This document shows, in pieces, positions 26,283 to 48,769 of a stretch of 64,000 nucleotides of DNA (within the stretch, counting starts at the first letter, position 1; every line of letters starts with the position of its first letter). The stretch spans positions 9,052,001 through 9,116,000 of the forward strand of contig CM022673.1 in assembly GCA_012295275.1 (NCBI GenBank), written 5' to 3'. The notes under the pieces are model-generated. The model ran no database searches, was not told the DNA's origin, and saw only the letters and a list, made by a program, of their open reading frames with translations. Both the position numbers and the translations under genes were made by a program. This stretch comes from Chrysomallon squamiferum (Eukaryota; Animalia; Mollusca).

Positions 26283-28150
26283 CTTATATCTTTCATTGAA
26301 ATGTTGCTATTTCACGGAAATATTTTAGGGATCACCTCAGTGTGCAAGCACCTGTTGTTATATATCACTGAAGCAGTTAAGGAAAACAATTATAATGAAA
26401 CAGTATAGTTTATTTCCCAAAAGACCAACCAAAATGATAGATATCTTATCGTATTCAATTCCATTCCATTATGCTATGTTTTATTCTTTTACATTATGTT
26501 ATACTGTAATGCTATACGGCAATCCAAGGACAAGCTGGCTATAGTTCAGACCTTGTTTTATGATTGCATTTAACATGGCATATCTCAGTGTTCTTGGTGC
26601 GAAGGTAAGAAAAGAAACCAACCAACCAAACAAAATAAAACAAAATAAGAAATAGAAATAATGAAAATTAACCTCACTGGGGATGAAGACAACAAGAAAG
26701 ACACCAAGCACTAAGAAGAAAAAGAAGAAAAAAGTGTTGGAAGAATAGAAGAAAATAAAAAAAAAATAAAGAAGAAGAAGAAAAATGAAGTACATTTTTT
26801 TTTTTTTAAAGTTCCTCCTTCCATACAGTTGAAAAAAATCTTTAGGTAATACAATTTATTGTCTATAGTTAAAATGAAAAGCGTAATTTTGTCTAATAAC
26901 GTTATTATGTACAAATTTAAGCTTTGATAACTTCTAATCTGAACAAAATAAAATCAGTGTATAATAGTGTAATAAAAAGAAATTAAAATAATAATAATTA
27001 TAAAAGTAAATAAATAATAAAAATATAATAATAATAATAATAATAATGTAATAAACAAATAATTAAATAAGATATATAAGGTAAAATATATACATTAGAC
27101 TGATACATAAATAAATAATCATCATGATGATAACAAAAACAACCACAACAACAACAACAATTACTATAATAATAAAAAGAATAATAGTAACTGAATTAAA
27201 TTTATTCTTCTTGTTGTTTTTTTTTTTTCTTCTTCTTACTTATTGATTAATTTATTGATTAATTAATAAACATATGAACAAAACAGATACGCTCATATAC
27301 TTATTTTTATAATTTTATAAAACAGTCAGTAAAGAAATATAGTTTAACCCGTACCTAAAATGACGCTGATTACGCAATTTTACGAAATTTAATTCCCATA
27401 TAAACCAAAACAAATTTTTTTTTTTTTTTTTTAAATGCTTAAAATAAAGCAATAAGTACAAAATAAAACCACCAATTACATTTCCCGAAAATAACAGAAA
27501 AATGAAAAAATAAATCTGGGACAATAATAAAAACAACACTAGCAGTTTGTTAAACAGTTATAGTTAGTGTAGTAATTATTATAGTTTCAGTTGCAGCTGT
27601 TATGGTACTAGTTGAAATAATAATAAAAGCATGTAGTCGTTGTTTAGTAAACTGAAGTTGTAGTAAGACAATTCACCTGCATATTAGTTAAAAGAAATAT
27701 ATTTAAAAAACTGTCATACTTTCATAATTAAACACGTCACAACACACAACGACATAAATACACATATAATTTATTGGCTCAGACGACACAAATACATAGA
27801 CACACCCACCCATCCCACGCCACATATGAAATAATTATTACATTTATATATTAAAACGTTTATATATGTAAACAAAACCGACGTTATCTGTAGTACGTGC
27901 ATACACGACGTGCTATCTAGAATATATAAATACTTCGATTTTAATACGTCAGTGCAACGTCTTCTATTGCAGCTACAGAAACAACCTATTTTAATGTGCC
28001 CGTATTTTAGATATATTACTACTACTACTGCTACTACTACTACTATTATTATTACTGCACGTAAAATAAGTGTGTATGTGTGTGTGTGTGCACATGACTA
28101 AAAATAAGTGGTAATAATAATAATAATGATAATAATAATAATAATAATAA

Positions 28151-28181
<31 letters not shown>

Positions 28182-29992
28182 AAGAAGAATACAACGCTAG
28201 TACAGTAATAAATAAGTAAATAAAGTTTTTTAATTAACTCCAGAAGTACATATTATAATTTTTTTATTAATATTAGTAGATAAACCTATATAATAATAAT
28301 AATAATAAATTTCAGAATATAAATTTTTAAACTCTGGTACAATACATAAAAGATATTTACAAATCCACACAACTATATTTTTAACATATTTACTTTTCTT
28401 TTAATGAAAACGTACACTCTTTGCACAAAATAATTAAAATAAGTAATTGTCAAATTTGTTAAACATCTTAAAGTAATTCACCTGCATTTTAATTAAAAGA
28501 AATATATTTAGAAATTATTATAAATTGTCATGAAATTGTAGCTCAGGCTTCCATACTTTCATAATTACACACGTCACAACACATAAATGTACGTATAATT
28601 TATTGGCTCAGATGACACACATACACAGACACAAAAAAAAAACGGCACACATACACACACACTCACAACGACAAATTCACATTCACATAAACCCGATTTA
28701 CATTATTCATATATATATAAACTGATATAAAATACTTCGAAAATATTCTGTAGATAAAATAAATTCAGAAATACATAAAAATATAAAATCTATAAATAAA
28801 TAAATAAATAAAAATATATATATATATAAATAAATAAATAAAATAACTGCATACAGCCTTTTTCTTTATTTACTATCGTCACTTAATTAAGTTGCACAGT
28901 TTTTCAGAAGTTAGAATTGTATTTATACTGGTGATCAGTTTTATCTATCGATTAAGCATTACGTACGTATTTACACTCGCTGGTCACTGGCTTAGACATA
29001 TCTGTAAAGAGTCTAATGATTTCATCTGTTTTTCAGCAATAACTACTACATTAAAGAAATCCAGGTCGTCTTAACAGTATTATTGGCTCCCACCCAGGAA
29101 AAGCAATGCACCGGGGTTCCTACATACACACCTATGGAAAATTCATTGAAAACAAGACATGGACTTCATGTGATGACCCTTGACCCGTGTGGTCCCTTGG
29201 CAACTGTCCAAAAGAAATCTAGAAGTCAGTAGTGTTCCTATGGTTAAACAGTTTTGAAACAGTACCTTTCCAGAATTTAAATACTTTTTGGACAGCATTA
29301 GAAGAAAAATACATTTTGTGATCTATGAAGTGACGACATGACCTTATTTACAATGGAGGATGTAGGACTGCACTCAAATATTCATTAACAGTAAAATTTC
29401 AAAGATATAATTTGATATATGATGACATTGCCCACCAGCAATTAAAATAATAAGAGGACAGAATAACAGTAATGATATAAAATAAGCGGGGAAAAAGTGT
29501 TAATGCTTTTTGTTTGTTAGTGGTAATTTATGTTAGTGATATGTGTCATCGGAAATCACGTCTGAAATACATAAGAACAATTCATAAAAAAATCATGAAG
29601 CTTTATATAGACTCCAGTAAAACTGTTGGTCTGTACATTAACTTTCGAAATATGCCATAGACAATAGGTGGAATTAGGTGATGTCATTCAATAAGTAATA
29701 AAACAAAATGATATTTCGTGAGACAAACAGGATCTTTCGTATTTCTAATTACGAATAACATTTTTAAAACCTCTTTCCGATAAAATGCAATAATAAAATA
29801 AATAAAAAAAAAAATAAAAAGGTAGTATTAATATTAAAAATAAAATAATAATAATAATAATAATAATAATAGTAATAATAATAATAACTAGTAAATAAAT
29901 TTAAAAAAAGGAAGATTATTTATAATAATAATGACGATGATTTCATCGTCATCATCATTATTGTTATTAACGACAGTAACAGAAATCCTTCA

Positions 29993-29998
29993 TTTATT
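29993..29998 (-). promoter_or_regulatory. Candidate polyadenylation signal of methyltransferase copy A
   Basis: First AATAAA ~143 bp after the stop; conserved in copy B (57368-57373). AT-rich context weakens it. Confidence 0.35.
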
Positions 29999-30140
29999 TT
30001 AGATAACAACTGAGCAGTGAATCTCTTTGTATATTAACACAAAATTAATTCCATTAACACAGGGAGGAAGATCTGTAGAAATTACACTCGTTAAAAAAAA
30101 AAAAAAAAAAAAGTCAAAAAAACAACAACAGCAAACACTT

Positions 30141-30743
30141 TTAAACATCTTTAGGATTAGCGGGATGTGATGGTAACCTTCTGTAGACATTCGTATTACT
30201 TCTGAGCCACGATAACGTAGCAGCATTTTTCAACCGTTCACTGCCTTGTGGATCATGCTTAAAACCTTTCACAAGTAAAATATTTTTCACATATTCCAAC
30301 GGACGATTGTTCACGTGGGACAAGCCACCTTGTCCCGGGACGGCCCAACTTAAAATAATCCCTTCTTTGGCATGGCGCGCCACATTATCGACGTAGATGC
30401 TCTCGTAGTCCGAAGGAATATGTTCAGCGACTTCTAAGCTGATGACCCAGTCGTAAAGCGGAAGCCCGTACTGAGGCGCGGTTAAGTCCAAGAATTCGAC
30501 GATTCCTCCGCTGGTTTCTTTTCCGTACGGAGCCCCGTCGTAGGCATCGTAGACTTTCAGGCGCTTCGTGGAGTCCATGTATCTTTTGTAATCTCCCGGT
30601 CCGTCGCCGAAGCTAGCTACGTATTTGCCTTTAAGGAAAAAGGACATTTCCTCCGCCAGAGATCGATCGTTCACGTGACTTCCTCCCGTGGAAGTGCTGG
30701 CCTCTTTACACCAGCCGCCTGACGCCGAAACTCTGGAGTTTAC
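30141..30743 (-). CDS. Class I SAM-dependent methyltransferase, copy A, last coding exon (catalytic domain, 200 aa)
   Basis: Acceptor tgtgtAG|GTAAAC, phase 0; VNSRVSASGGWC...VASFGDGPG (motif I), YDAYDG, LDLT, YDWVISLEVAEHIP, SWAVPGQGGLSHVNN; GC-rich island ending in TAA. Confidence 0.9.
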   Translation of the reverse strand, partial: VNSRVSASGGWCKEASTSTGGSHVNDRSLAEEMSFFLKGKYVASFGDGPGDYKRYMDSTKRLKVYDAYDGAPYGKETSGGIVEFLDLTAPQYGLPLYDWVISLEVAEHIPSDYESIYVDNVARHAKEGIILSWAVPGQGGLSHVNNRPLEYVKNILLVKGFKHDPQGSERLKNAATLSWLRSNTNVYRRLPSHPANPKDV

Positions 30744-30748
30744 CTACA

Positions 30749-30767
30749 CAATAATAATAATAATAAT

Positions 30768-30800
<33 letters not shown>

Positions 30801-31002
30801 AATAATAATAATAATAATAATAGTAATAATAACAATAATAATGTTAATAATAATAATACTAAAAACAATGATAATAATTATATTAATAATGATGATGCTG
30901 CTGATACTAATAATAATGATGATGATGATGATGATGATAATAATAATGATAATAACAACAACAACAATAATAATAATAATAATGATGATAATAATAACAA
31001 TA
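30749..31002. repeat. Degenerate (AAT/AAC/GAT)n trinucleotide tract at the intron 3' end
   Basis: Directly visible; shorter in copy B (~56436-56616). Confidence 0.9.
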
Positions 31003-31330
31003 AAACATACATACATACATATATAACATGTATTACAAATATTTCATTACTTATATTACATACATAGATACAGTACTTACATTATATGCATACGTTAATT
31101 ATATATGTTATACATTACAAAAACACATACATTATATACATACATACACTCGTGCGTACATACATACATAGATACATACTCAATGGGTGTAACTGAGTTA
31201 CCGAATATTCTCTATGTACAGTCTTGTCAGACGTACATAAGCCAGAGAACATTCAAAATCCTAAATACACACATACATGTTGAAATATCTCTGTTTATCT
31301 AAAAAAAAAACTGCGAGCAAACATAAATAC

Positions 31331-31621
31331 CGGCTTCCCTGCTGCTGTCTGTAGTTGAAGCATTTCACAGCTCTGTCTTGAGAAGTTCTGTTTGAAAGAA
31401 TTCAACATTTTCGACAGTCGGATTCGATCCGCGTACAATTGCTCCATGCCAGGGCACGACTTTGGAACGGAACCCTTCTTGAGATCCTGGGATACCACGT
31501 ATTTCATTGGCACAAAGCTGTCACTGAAGGAGTCGCGGTGGTAGGTGGCGATAAACACGAAGAAGGTCAAAAGAAGAAATAAGACCGAGATGAACGCCTC
31601 TCTTTTGGTGCACGTAAACAT
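31331..31621 (-). CDS. Methyltransferase copy A, first coding exon (signal anchor and stem, 97 aa)
   Basis: Acceptor ttttcttcttcgttgcAG before 31640; ATG 31621; MFTCTKRE + hydrophobic AFISVLFLLLTFFVFIATY; donor CCG|GTATTT after exactly 291 nt, in frame with the next exon (297 aa total). Confidence 0.85.
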
Positions 31622-33210
31622 AATGAGTTACCGGACGTTCCTGCAACGAAGAAGAAAAGTTACGAGTAAATTAAGTGGTATTGTACATTATGAATGTTTT
31701 ATATATGTGTGTATGTATATATACATATATGTGCATGTGTTTGTTTATTTATGAATGTATGTTTATATTCAGGCAAGCATATGTGTGTGTATACATATAC
31801 ATACATACATACATACATACATACATACATACATACATACATACATACATACATACAATACATACATACATACATACACATACATACATACAATGAACAA
31901 ATTTAGTAATGGATGGGTTATGACGTATCCATTTAAATATTATTCGAGTCACAATACACAGTTACATTTATGGAATAACAATACAGGATATTTTATATGA
32001 CAGGCCTCATTTAGCGCGCGCACACACACACTAATTATATACATTTACAGATACATTAATATATGCTCATAAAATCATTAATACAAAAATATGTATATGT
32101 AACTATAAAATATGTTTAAAAAAATATATAAAATGTCAATAATATATTTAAAATGACAGCATGAAATAACAGAAAAAAAAGTTGAAATGAAAAAAATATG
32201 ATCCAGAATAAAAATATTTTTTTTTTTTTTAGAAATGACAGAATAATTTTCATCCACACACATAAATAATAATCAACATATTTTAAACTTTTAACAGAAT
32301 TGTTTATGGTACGTCTTCTACCTGTGGAATTTTCCAAATGTTAATCTGTATTATTAAAAAAAAATTAATAATAATAACAAAAATAAAATAAATATATTAC
32401 AGAAATAAAAAACACAAGAATCACAATCTTCAGATTTTCCCCTGCCAGTGTTTAGCTGGAATTTGAGACAGCACCCCTGATCATCAGGAATACGCCCATG
32501 TCTGTACTCACTGGAACACCTTCAGAAACCGCAAACCATCCTCAATTCTGAAATCTACTGATTTGCAATGCACAGTCTTAGCCATATACACCCAACACAC
32601 TAAAACTGAGTGAGAAAAACGCAAAGGTATTAATCCAGTTTGCAATTCATTTTTTTTTTTTTTTAGCAAAACCAAAAAAAAACACATCATGAATCCTCCT
32701 CCTTATCCAACACAAGAATGTGTACGTGTGATACACCGACCATTCAAATAAACGCAAGACATTTAGTTCTACCCCAGTATCAGTATACTTCCACGACCGT
32801 GTGAACTGAAACCACAATTTTCACTCACCCAAGTAACTCATCGCGTCAGCCTTTGTCCAGATATCGGCAAGAAACGTAATTCTTTTCCAAGCTGCGTTTT
32901 TTCTACGAATGATGGCACTCGTAACTCATTATTTCTAATTATAACGAGATCTATCGTTGTTTTGACTAACCTCCAAGGCATATTTATTTTGTTTCCACAA
33001 AGTTTTTTAAAGCATGATTCTGGATACGAAATTAAAACCAAATATGTAGCTCACCTGACTGTCTTCTGCTTTCAGAGAGACGATTCCAGTATAATCTTGT
33101 AACCAGGCAACGAATAAATAAAAGTAATTACGTTACAATATTTCTTATTTAGGCATGGCTAAAGTAAGTCTGAGAAAAATAATCAATTTTTCATGTGAAG
33201 AATGTGTGTG

Positions 33211-33417
33211 TGTTCGAGGGTGTGTGGTTATGTATGAGCGTGTCTGTATGCGTATTACTGTATATGTATGCATTATTATATTCAAGTACAAGCGGGTACA
33301 TTATTATTCATGCATATTTGTACACAGATGTGCTAGTACATTTAATATTTGCATAAATATATGTATATATATATATTATAAAAAATAAAAGATAGATAAC
33401 CAAATCAGAGAGAGGGG

Positions 33418-33502
<85 letters not shown>

Positions 33503-33701
33503 TTCGAGGGTGTGTGGCTATGCATGAGCATGTCTGTATGCGTATTACTGTATATCTATGCATTATTATATTCAAGTACAAGCGGGTACATTATTATTCA
33601 TGCATATTTGTATACAGATGTGCTATTACATTTAATATTTGCATAAATATATGTATATATATATTATACATAATAAAAAGATAGATAACCAAATCATCGG
33701 G

Positions 33702-33760
<59 letters not shown>
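33211..33760. repeat. Tandem duplication of a ~195-bp segment plus (GA)n (period 290 bp)
   Basis: TGTTCGAGGGTGTGTGG...AGATAACCAAATCA at 33211 and 33501, each followed by (GA)n; single copy in the inverted unit. Confidence 0.9.
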
Positions 33761-33762
<2 letters not shown>

Positions 33763-34259
33763 GATAACCCGAAATTAAAGGGGCTTGAAAAATATTTAGA
33801 ATTAAGGGTTTACAATTTTCGAAACTAAGAGAAATAATAATAATAAGAATAAGTTTTAAAAAAATCAATAATGAAAATTATTCTGTCATTTCCAAACAGT
33901 TGTATTTTAATTCTGTTTCATATCTTTTTTCATTTCACTTTTTTTTTCTGTGATTTTTCTGTTTCATATTTGACATTTTCATTTTTTGTGACTTTTAATT
34001 TTTTTATTAATGACCATGGACCATAGTATTTTAATTTGTGAAAAATCAAGTATCTTGTGTATGTTAAAAACAGTTAAAGACAGGCAAACAAATGACCAAT
34101 TTAAAAAAATAATACTAAATAAAAAAAAGAAAGAAAGAAAATTAAAAAGAAAGAAAGAAAGAAAGAAGCAGAAGAAAATTTATACAAATATTTACACAAA
34201 ACCGAAGCGATATCAGACACACGAACACCACTCGCATGTTTTGCTTATTATTTCTTTAT

Positions 34260-43587
<9,328 letters not shown>

Positions 43588-43787
43588 NNNNNNNNNNNNN
43601 NNNNNNNNNNNNNNNNNNNNNNNNNNNNNNNNNNNNNNNNNNNNNNNNNNNNNNNNNNNNNNNNNNNNNNNNNNNNNNNNNNNNNNNNNNNNNNNNNNNN
43701 NNNNNNNNNNNNNNNNNNNNNNNNNNNNNNNNNNNNNNNNNNNNNNNNNNNNNNNNNNNNNNNNNNNNNNNNNNNNNNNNNNNNNNN
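43588..43787. other. Scaffold gap (200 N)
   Basis: Run of N of round length, i.e. a placeholder of unknown true size. Confidence 0.99.
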
Positions 43788-43791
43788 TTGG

Positions 43792-43817
43792 TGTACTTCG
43801 TTCAGTTACGTATTGCT
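43792..43817 (+). other. Oxford Nanopore ligation adapter remnant (artefact)
   Basis: TGTACTTCGTTCAGTTACGTATTGCT matches the ONT adapter top strand and sits at the contig start, abutting LINE sequence. Confidence 0.95.
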
Positions 43818-44276
43818 GGGAGTGACCTTCGGACTAAACGACAGCAGACATAGACTCGACAACACCGTGAGGACAAGTGCGGCACATGCCATAAACTGGA
43901 CAACGTCAGACACTATATTTTTACTGCATCAAATACGACAAGGACAGACGCAAACTCAACACAGCTTTAACAAACATCAAAGTCAGATTTACTCCAGCTG
44001 ACATTTTCAACCCCCCCAAACACCTAAAAAAACAAGTAGACAACCTGATAATGCGGTTCGTGGAAACAACAAAAATGAGAATATAAACACAATTTTACAA
44101 AACACTACACAACATAAACACACCCGTGTCCAACCACAGAACCAACTGGCAACCTCCCCTCGACGTCTGAACTCCAAAAAGCAACAACAACGGGACGCTA
44201 ACAACAACAACAAGCAAAAAGATGCCCGACACGATGTCACGACGAGCCTTTTTTTTTTTTTTTAGTAGAAACTAAG

Positions 44277-44311
<35 letters not shown>

Positions 44312-44712
44312 GTAAATAAATAAATATAAATAAATAAAACCCCTTAAACAGTGGCCAGTGCATATATATATGTATATGTGTGTGGATGTGTGTATGTATA
44401 TGTATATATATATATATATATATACCCACATATGTGTACATGTGTGTCTGTGTAGGGGTCTGTATATATGTATCTCTACTGCACCCTTTCGGCTGTTAAT
44501 AAATAAAAACCACTCAAAGGTTTATTCCAAATTGCCCACTTCAAATGCACTTGCACCCTTCCCCTCCCATTCCTTTTCCCCCTTTTCCCTTCCCCTCTCC
44601 TGTCCCGGAACCCATCCCTGGCGATCCCAGAGGTCGGATCCGGGATAGGCGTGCCCGAACCTTGAATTGGACGTGGGCACGTAAAAAGAGTTCTCCATCC
44701 ATCCATCCATCC
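43818..44712 (+). mobile_element. 3' part of the same LINE insertion in the inverted unit
   Basis: Reverse complement of 18619-17714; stop at 44084-44086; same (TCCA)n tail and same flank AAAGAAC. Truncated by the contig start. Confidence 0.92.
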
Positions 44713-45218
44713 AAAGAACAAAGAGAAGACACGGGTTGGAGTGGGTGGTTGGCGGCCATCATTAAGCAGATATGTCGGTAACTACATTTTGCGTTATTTT
44801 TTTTGTTACGTCGGAAGCAGTGACAAATGGTTATCCTGCTTCTGTATGGTATTTTTGATTTGTTGATCAGTTTGATGTAGCCTGTATATGCTCCATAGAG
44901 AGTTTGAATTATATATTTATTTCTAACAAAATCTGTTAGGAAAATTAAAAGAATTAAAATTATAGTATTTCATTAAACGCCAACTCCCACGTCCTCAACC
45001 ACTAAATGATAACTATACATGTGTAAAATAAAAGAAATAACCGCGGCAAGGTAACCACGTGAAGTAAACGAGTAACATACGGAATGCTGGCGGAAAATCT
45101 GAAGTTCGCTCGTAAGTCGGATTTTTGGCTCGCAACTCAAAGCAAGAAGTCGACCGGGCGACTGCTCGTAGCTCGAAAAACTTGTATTTTGGAGCACTCG
45201 TAAGTCGAGGTACCACTG
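44713..45218 (-). mobile_element. Left arm of the Tigger/pogo element, inverted copy
   Basis: Ends ACTCGTAAGTCGAGGTACCACTG|TA. Confidence 0.8.
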
Positions 45219-45708
45219 TATTATTAATATTATTTTATCTTTGAATCAGATATTGATTGTATAAAAATGCAGCTTAATTCTAATTTTAACTCTTCGAGTA
45301 TGGTGACTCAAAACATTATTTGGATAACTTTACCATAATGTTATGATAATTAATATGTCACATAATTAATATTTTGAGCATTTAACTTAACTGCTATAAC
45401 ATATAATGTTATGATAATTATTAAGTCACGTAACTAATAGTTAACCAACACAGTAACACTTACAACAACATTCACGAAGTTCGTTTTAATCTCGGGACAG
45501 ACACATTTTCATTTATTTGTTGATGTTTTTTTTTGTTTTTGTTTTTTTTATAAAGGAGAAAAAGCTTGTATGTAAACATGTACGCCTAAAACTTTATGAT
45601 ATCGTCGCTCTGAAATAAAATACATAATAGACGACAGATTTATTTTTCAAACTATACTTCAGTATATTATAATGCTAATCGTTATTATTTGAGATATATA
45701 CAAACATA

Positions 45709-45751
<43 letters not shown>

Positions 45752-46724
45752 AAATTAAGATAAAATAAAATGAAAAAAACAACAAAAAAAAACAACAAAA
45801 CAAAACAAAACAAATAAATAAATAAATAAAATCATCTGTTAACAGCAAAGAATATTTAATATTATTGTGTGTTTTTTTTTTTTTTTGTGTGTGTGTGTGT
45901 ATGTTTTTTTTAGGGGATTTGGTGTTTTTCTTCTTGTTTTTTTTTTTTTTTTCGTTGATGTTTTTCTTGGGTTTTTCTTTAATCTTTTTTTTTTTTTTTT
46001 TTTTTTACCTTCGAAGTGAAGAAAACATATAATTATATGACAGAGGAGTCTTGTTATCGAAATCAGACGTCATCACGTTAACAGTAAAGATCATTTACAT
46101 GCATGTTAACATAGTCAGCAAAGCGTAAATCTGGGACGAGATGATCTAGGCGAGGAATATTGTACGAATCACGCTAAATAACATGACACAAAATATTTCA
46201 CAACAGGACTGCTTTATCACGTACATATAATGCACGTCTTTGTTTTGGGAACAAACGTTGTAAAACACTTATAGAATAGAACTCATCTTTATTTATAACA
46301 TTTATTCATAATTCAACAGCTTTTGAGGTGCACTGCATACTTATGAATGCATAACTGACTATACGATATCTCCTGACCTCTCATGGACAGATTTCAGCAA
46401 GGGTTGACGTCTACAATCTCTCACTTACTTCATGACAAAGATGTATACAGAGTTTATAATGTAATGAAAATAATATATAATAATACAGTTAATCTTGGAT
46501 AATAGATATTCGAAATTTAGTAAAATGCCTTTGCATGAGATGACACTTAAAAAAAAATAAAAAATTAAACAATAAAAAAAAAATAAAAATAAAAAAAAAA
46601 ACCAGAAAGAAAGAAAGAAAGAAGGCTGGACTAAGTAGTAATCAAACAATACGAATGCTACTTACCTGTCATAATGTTGGGGGAGGGGTTTTATTAATTA
46701 TTTTTTTAAATTTAAATTTTTTAT

Positions 46725-46755
<31 letters not shown>

Positions 46756-47774
46756 TTTTTTTTATGTCATAACCAGTTGGTGATGGATTTTCTTCTTTTA
46801 TTATTTCATTGCTGAAATTAATGTTTGTTCTATTTATTCCGTTTCGTTAGATATATGTACTTTTTAAAATTAAAAAAAGAAATTTTTAATTTTTTTTTTT
46901 TCTTTTTTTTTTTAAAATATTAAATCTAAACAAATAATATTTTGTATGGGTTTTTTTATTTTTTTTTTAAAATTTAAAATTTAAAATTTGTATTTATTTA
47001 TTTATTTATTATTATTATTATTACTATTATTTTTTTATTATTATTATTATTTTTTTTTGTTTCTTGTTTTTTTTTTTTTTTTTTTTGTCTAAATAATAGT
47101 TATTTTTGTCTAAACAAATAATATTTTCGGCTAAATAAATCCTTTTAATCTAAATAAAAGATAAATTATAAAGGTTCAGTCGCAGTGATAAAATATGATT
47201 TAGCAGCAGTCGACAATATCACCTGTTAATACTTCAGTTACAGCACACTCGAATGAAGACTGTGTGCCCAGTCAACCGTATCAAGTATCGTTGACTTTCC
47301 CGTCATCATGAAATAATCATATGTTTCTCTGTTTAACAGATGTGCATTTAAAGAAAATTTCTTTTCTGCTAATAACTTTGAATGGATTTCTTCTAGAGTC
47401 TGTAATTATTTTCGAAATGATTCGACTTTCAATAGCCGATGATGAAAACATAATTTGAATTAGCGTTATACATAACACATTTTCCTTTATATGTCCTCTA
47501 TGTTCTGTATTAATCCATTAGATCTGAGAAACGTTGTAAAACATTCTCTTAGGTAAAGATTATCTCCCATATTATAGTTATTGTAAATGTTTTGTAGAAT
47601 TTGCACAAATTAAACAAAACATTTAAAAAAAAAAAATTCCTTTTAGGTCTGGAAAGGATTTATTGCCGTTTGACTATTAAAAATAAATACAAGAATAAAA
47701 ATAATAAAATTTAAAAAAATTCTTTTTGGGGATGAATTATTTTTTTATTTTATATAACAGTTTCTTCCACATTT

Positions 47775-47817
<43 letters not shown>

Positions 47818-48591
47818 TTTTTTTTTTTTTATATTTTTTTTGTTTGTTTGTTTGTTTGTTAATTTGTTTGCTTGTTTATTTATTTATTTATTTACTTAGT
47901 CAATTAGTTTTTTATGTGTTATTTATTCATTTTTTGTTATTTTGGGGTTACTGTTTCTATTATTTCTGAATTTATTTTTTCTTAAAGTATAAATAAAAAT
48001 TAAGATAAAATAAAATAAAAAAAACATCAAAAAAAAACAACAAAACAAAACAAAACAAATAAATAAATAAATAAATAAAATCATCTGTTAACAGCAAAGA
48101 ATATCTAATATTATTGTGTGTGGGTTTTTTTTTGTGTGTGTGTGTGTGTGTATGTGTGTTTATAGTTTTTTTTAGGGGATTTGGTGTTTTTCTTCTTGTT
48201 TTTTTTTTTTTTTCGTTGATGTTTTTCTTGGGTTTTTCTTTAATCTTTTTTTATTTTTTTTTTATTTTTATAAGATAAATGAGTAAAGTCTCAAAACAAT
48301 GTTTTCCCGCCAATTACAGTGACCGTAATCACCGACAGACTTGATCTGACGACAACATACTTGCGCATTAATATCGACACCATTTGTTTTCAGTTTGAAT
48401 ATTGTCAAGTCATAAAATAGTAACAGGAAGGTTCAGACATCTTTTGTCATGTCTGAATAGAAGAAAAATGTCATGCTGTATATCTTCCAAAGAAAATATT
48501 TTGTTATATATATAAATTGTATATATATATATATATATATATATAGATGTTCATGTTTACAGTCATCGATGAAATAAACGTTACCTTAAAA

Positions 48592-48748
48592 CAGTCGTGG
48601 GCAAATTGCGTCCCGCGCGGCTTTCTGAGTCGCCCGCCTAATTTCACAAGGAATAATAAAATTTACGATTAAATTAGTACCTGCGGCCCGCCTGAGGATG
48701 AGCCATGTCTCATGTGGCCCGCTTCTCGAAATAGGTTACCCATGCCTG
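48592..48748. mobile_element. 157-bp hAT-type MITE
   Basis: CAGTCGTGGGCAA ... TTACCCATGCCTG imperfect TIRs, internal GCGGCCCGC/GTGGCCCGC motifs, flanks CCTTAAAA / CCTTTAGA (6/8). Confidence 0.65.
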
Positions 48749-48769
48749 CCTTTAGAAAAAGAAGAGGTA

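Noticed and set aside
29060-29390. Higher-complexity patch resembling a coding fragment
   Set aside because: Stops in the frames checked and no recognisable motif.
30688-31026. Poly-Ile/Thr/Met ORFs (also 9148, 9946, 37414, 42316, 56424, 59688)
   Set aside because: Translations of trinucleotide microsatellites; length varies between copies.
31675-32000. YIHT/MYVC-repeat ORFs (also 24627, 36705, 55482-55738)
   Set aside because: (CATA)n and (CA)n repeats, not coding.
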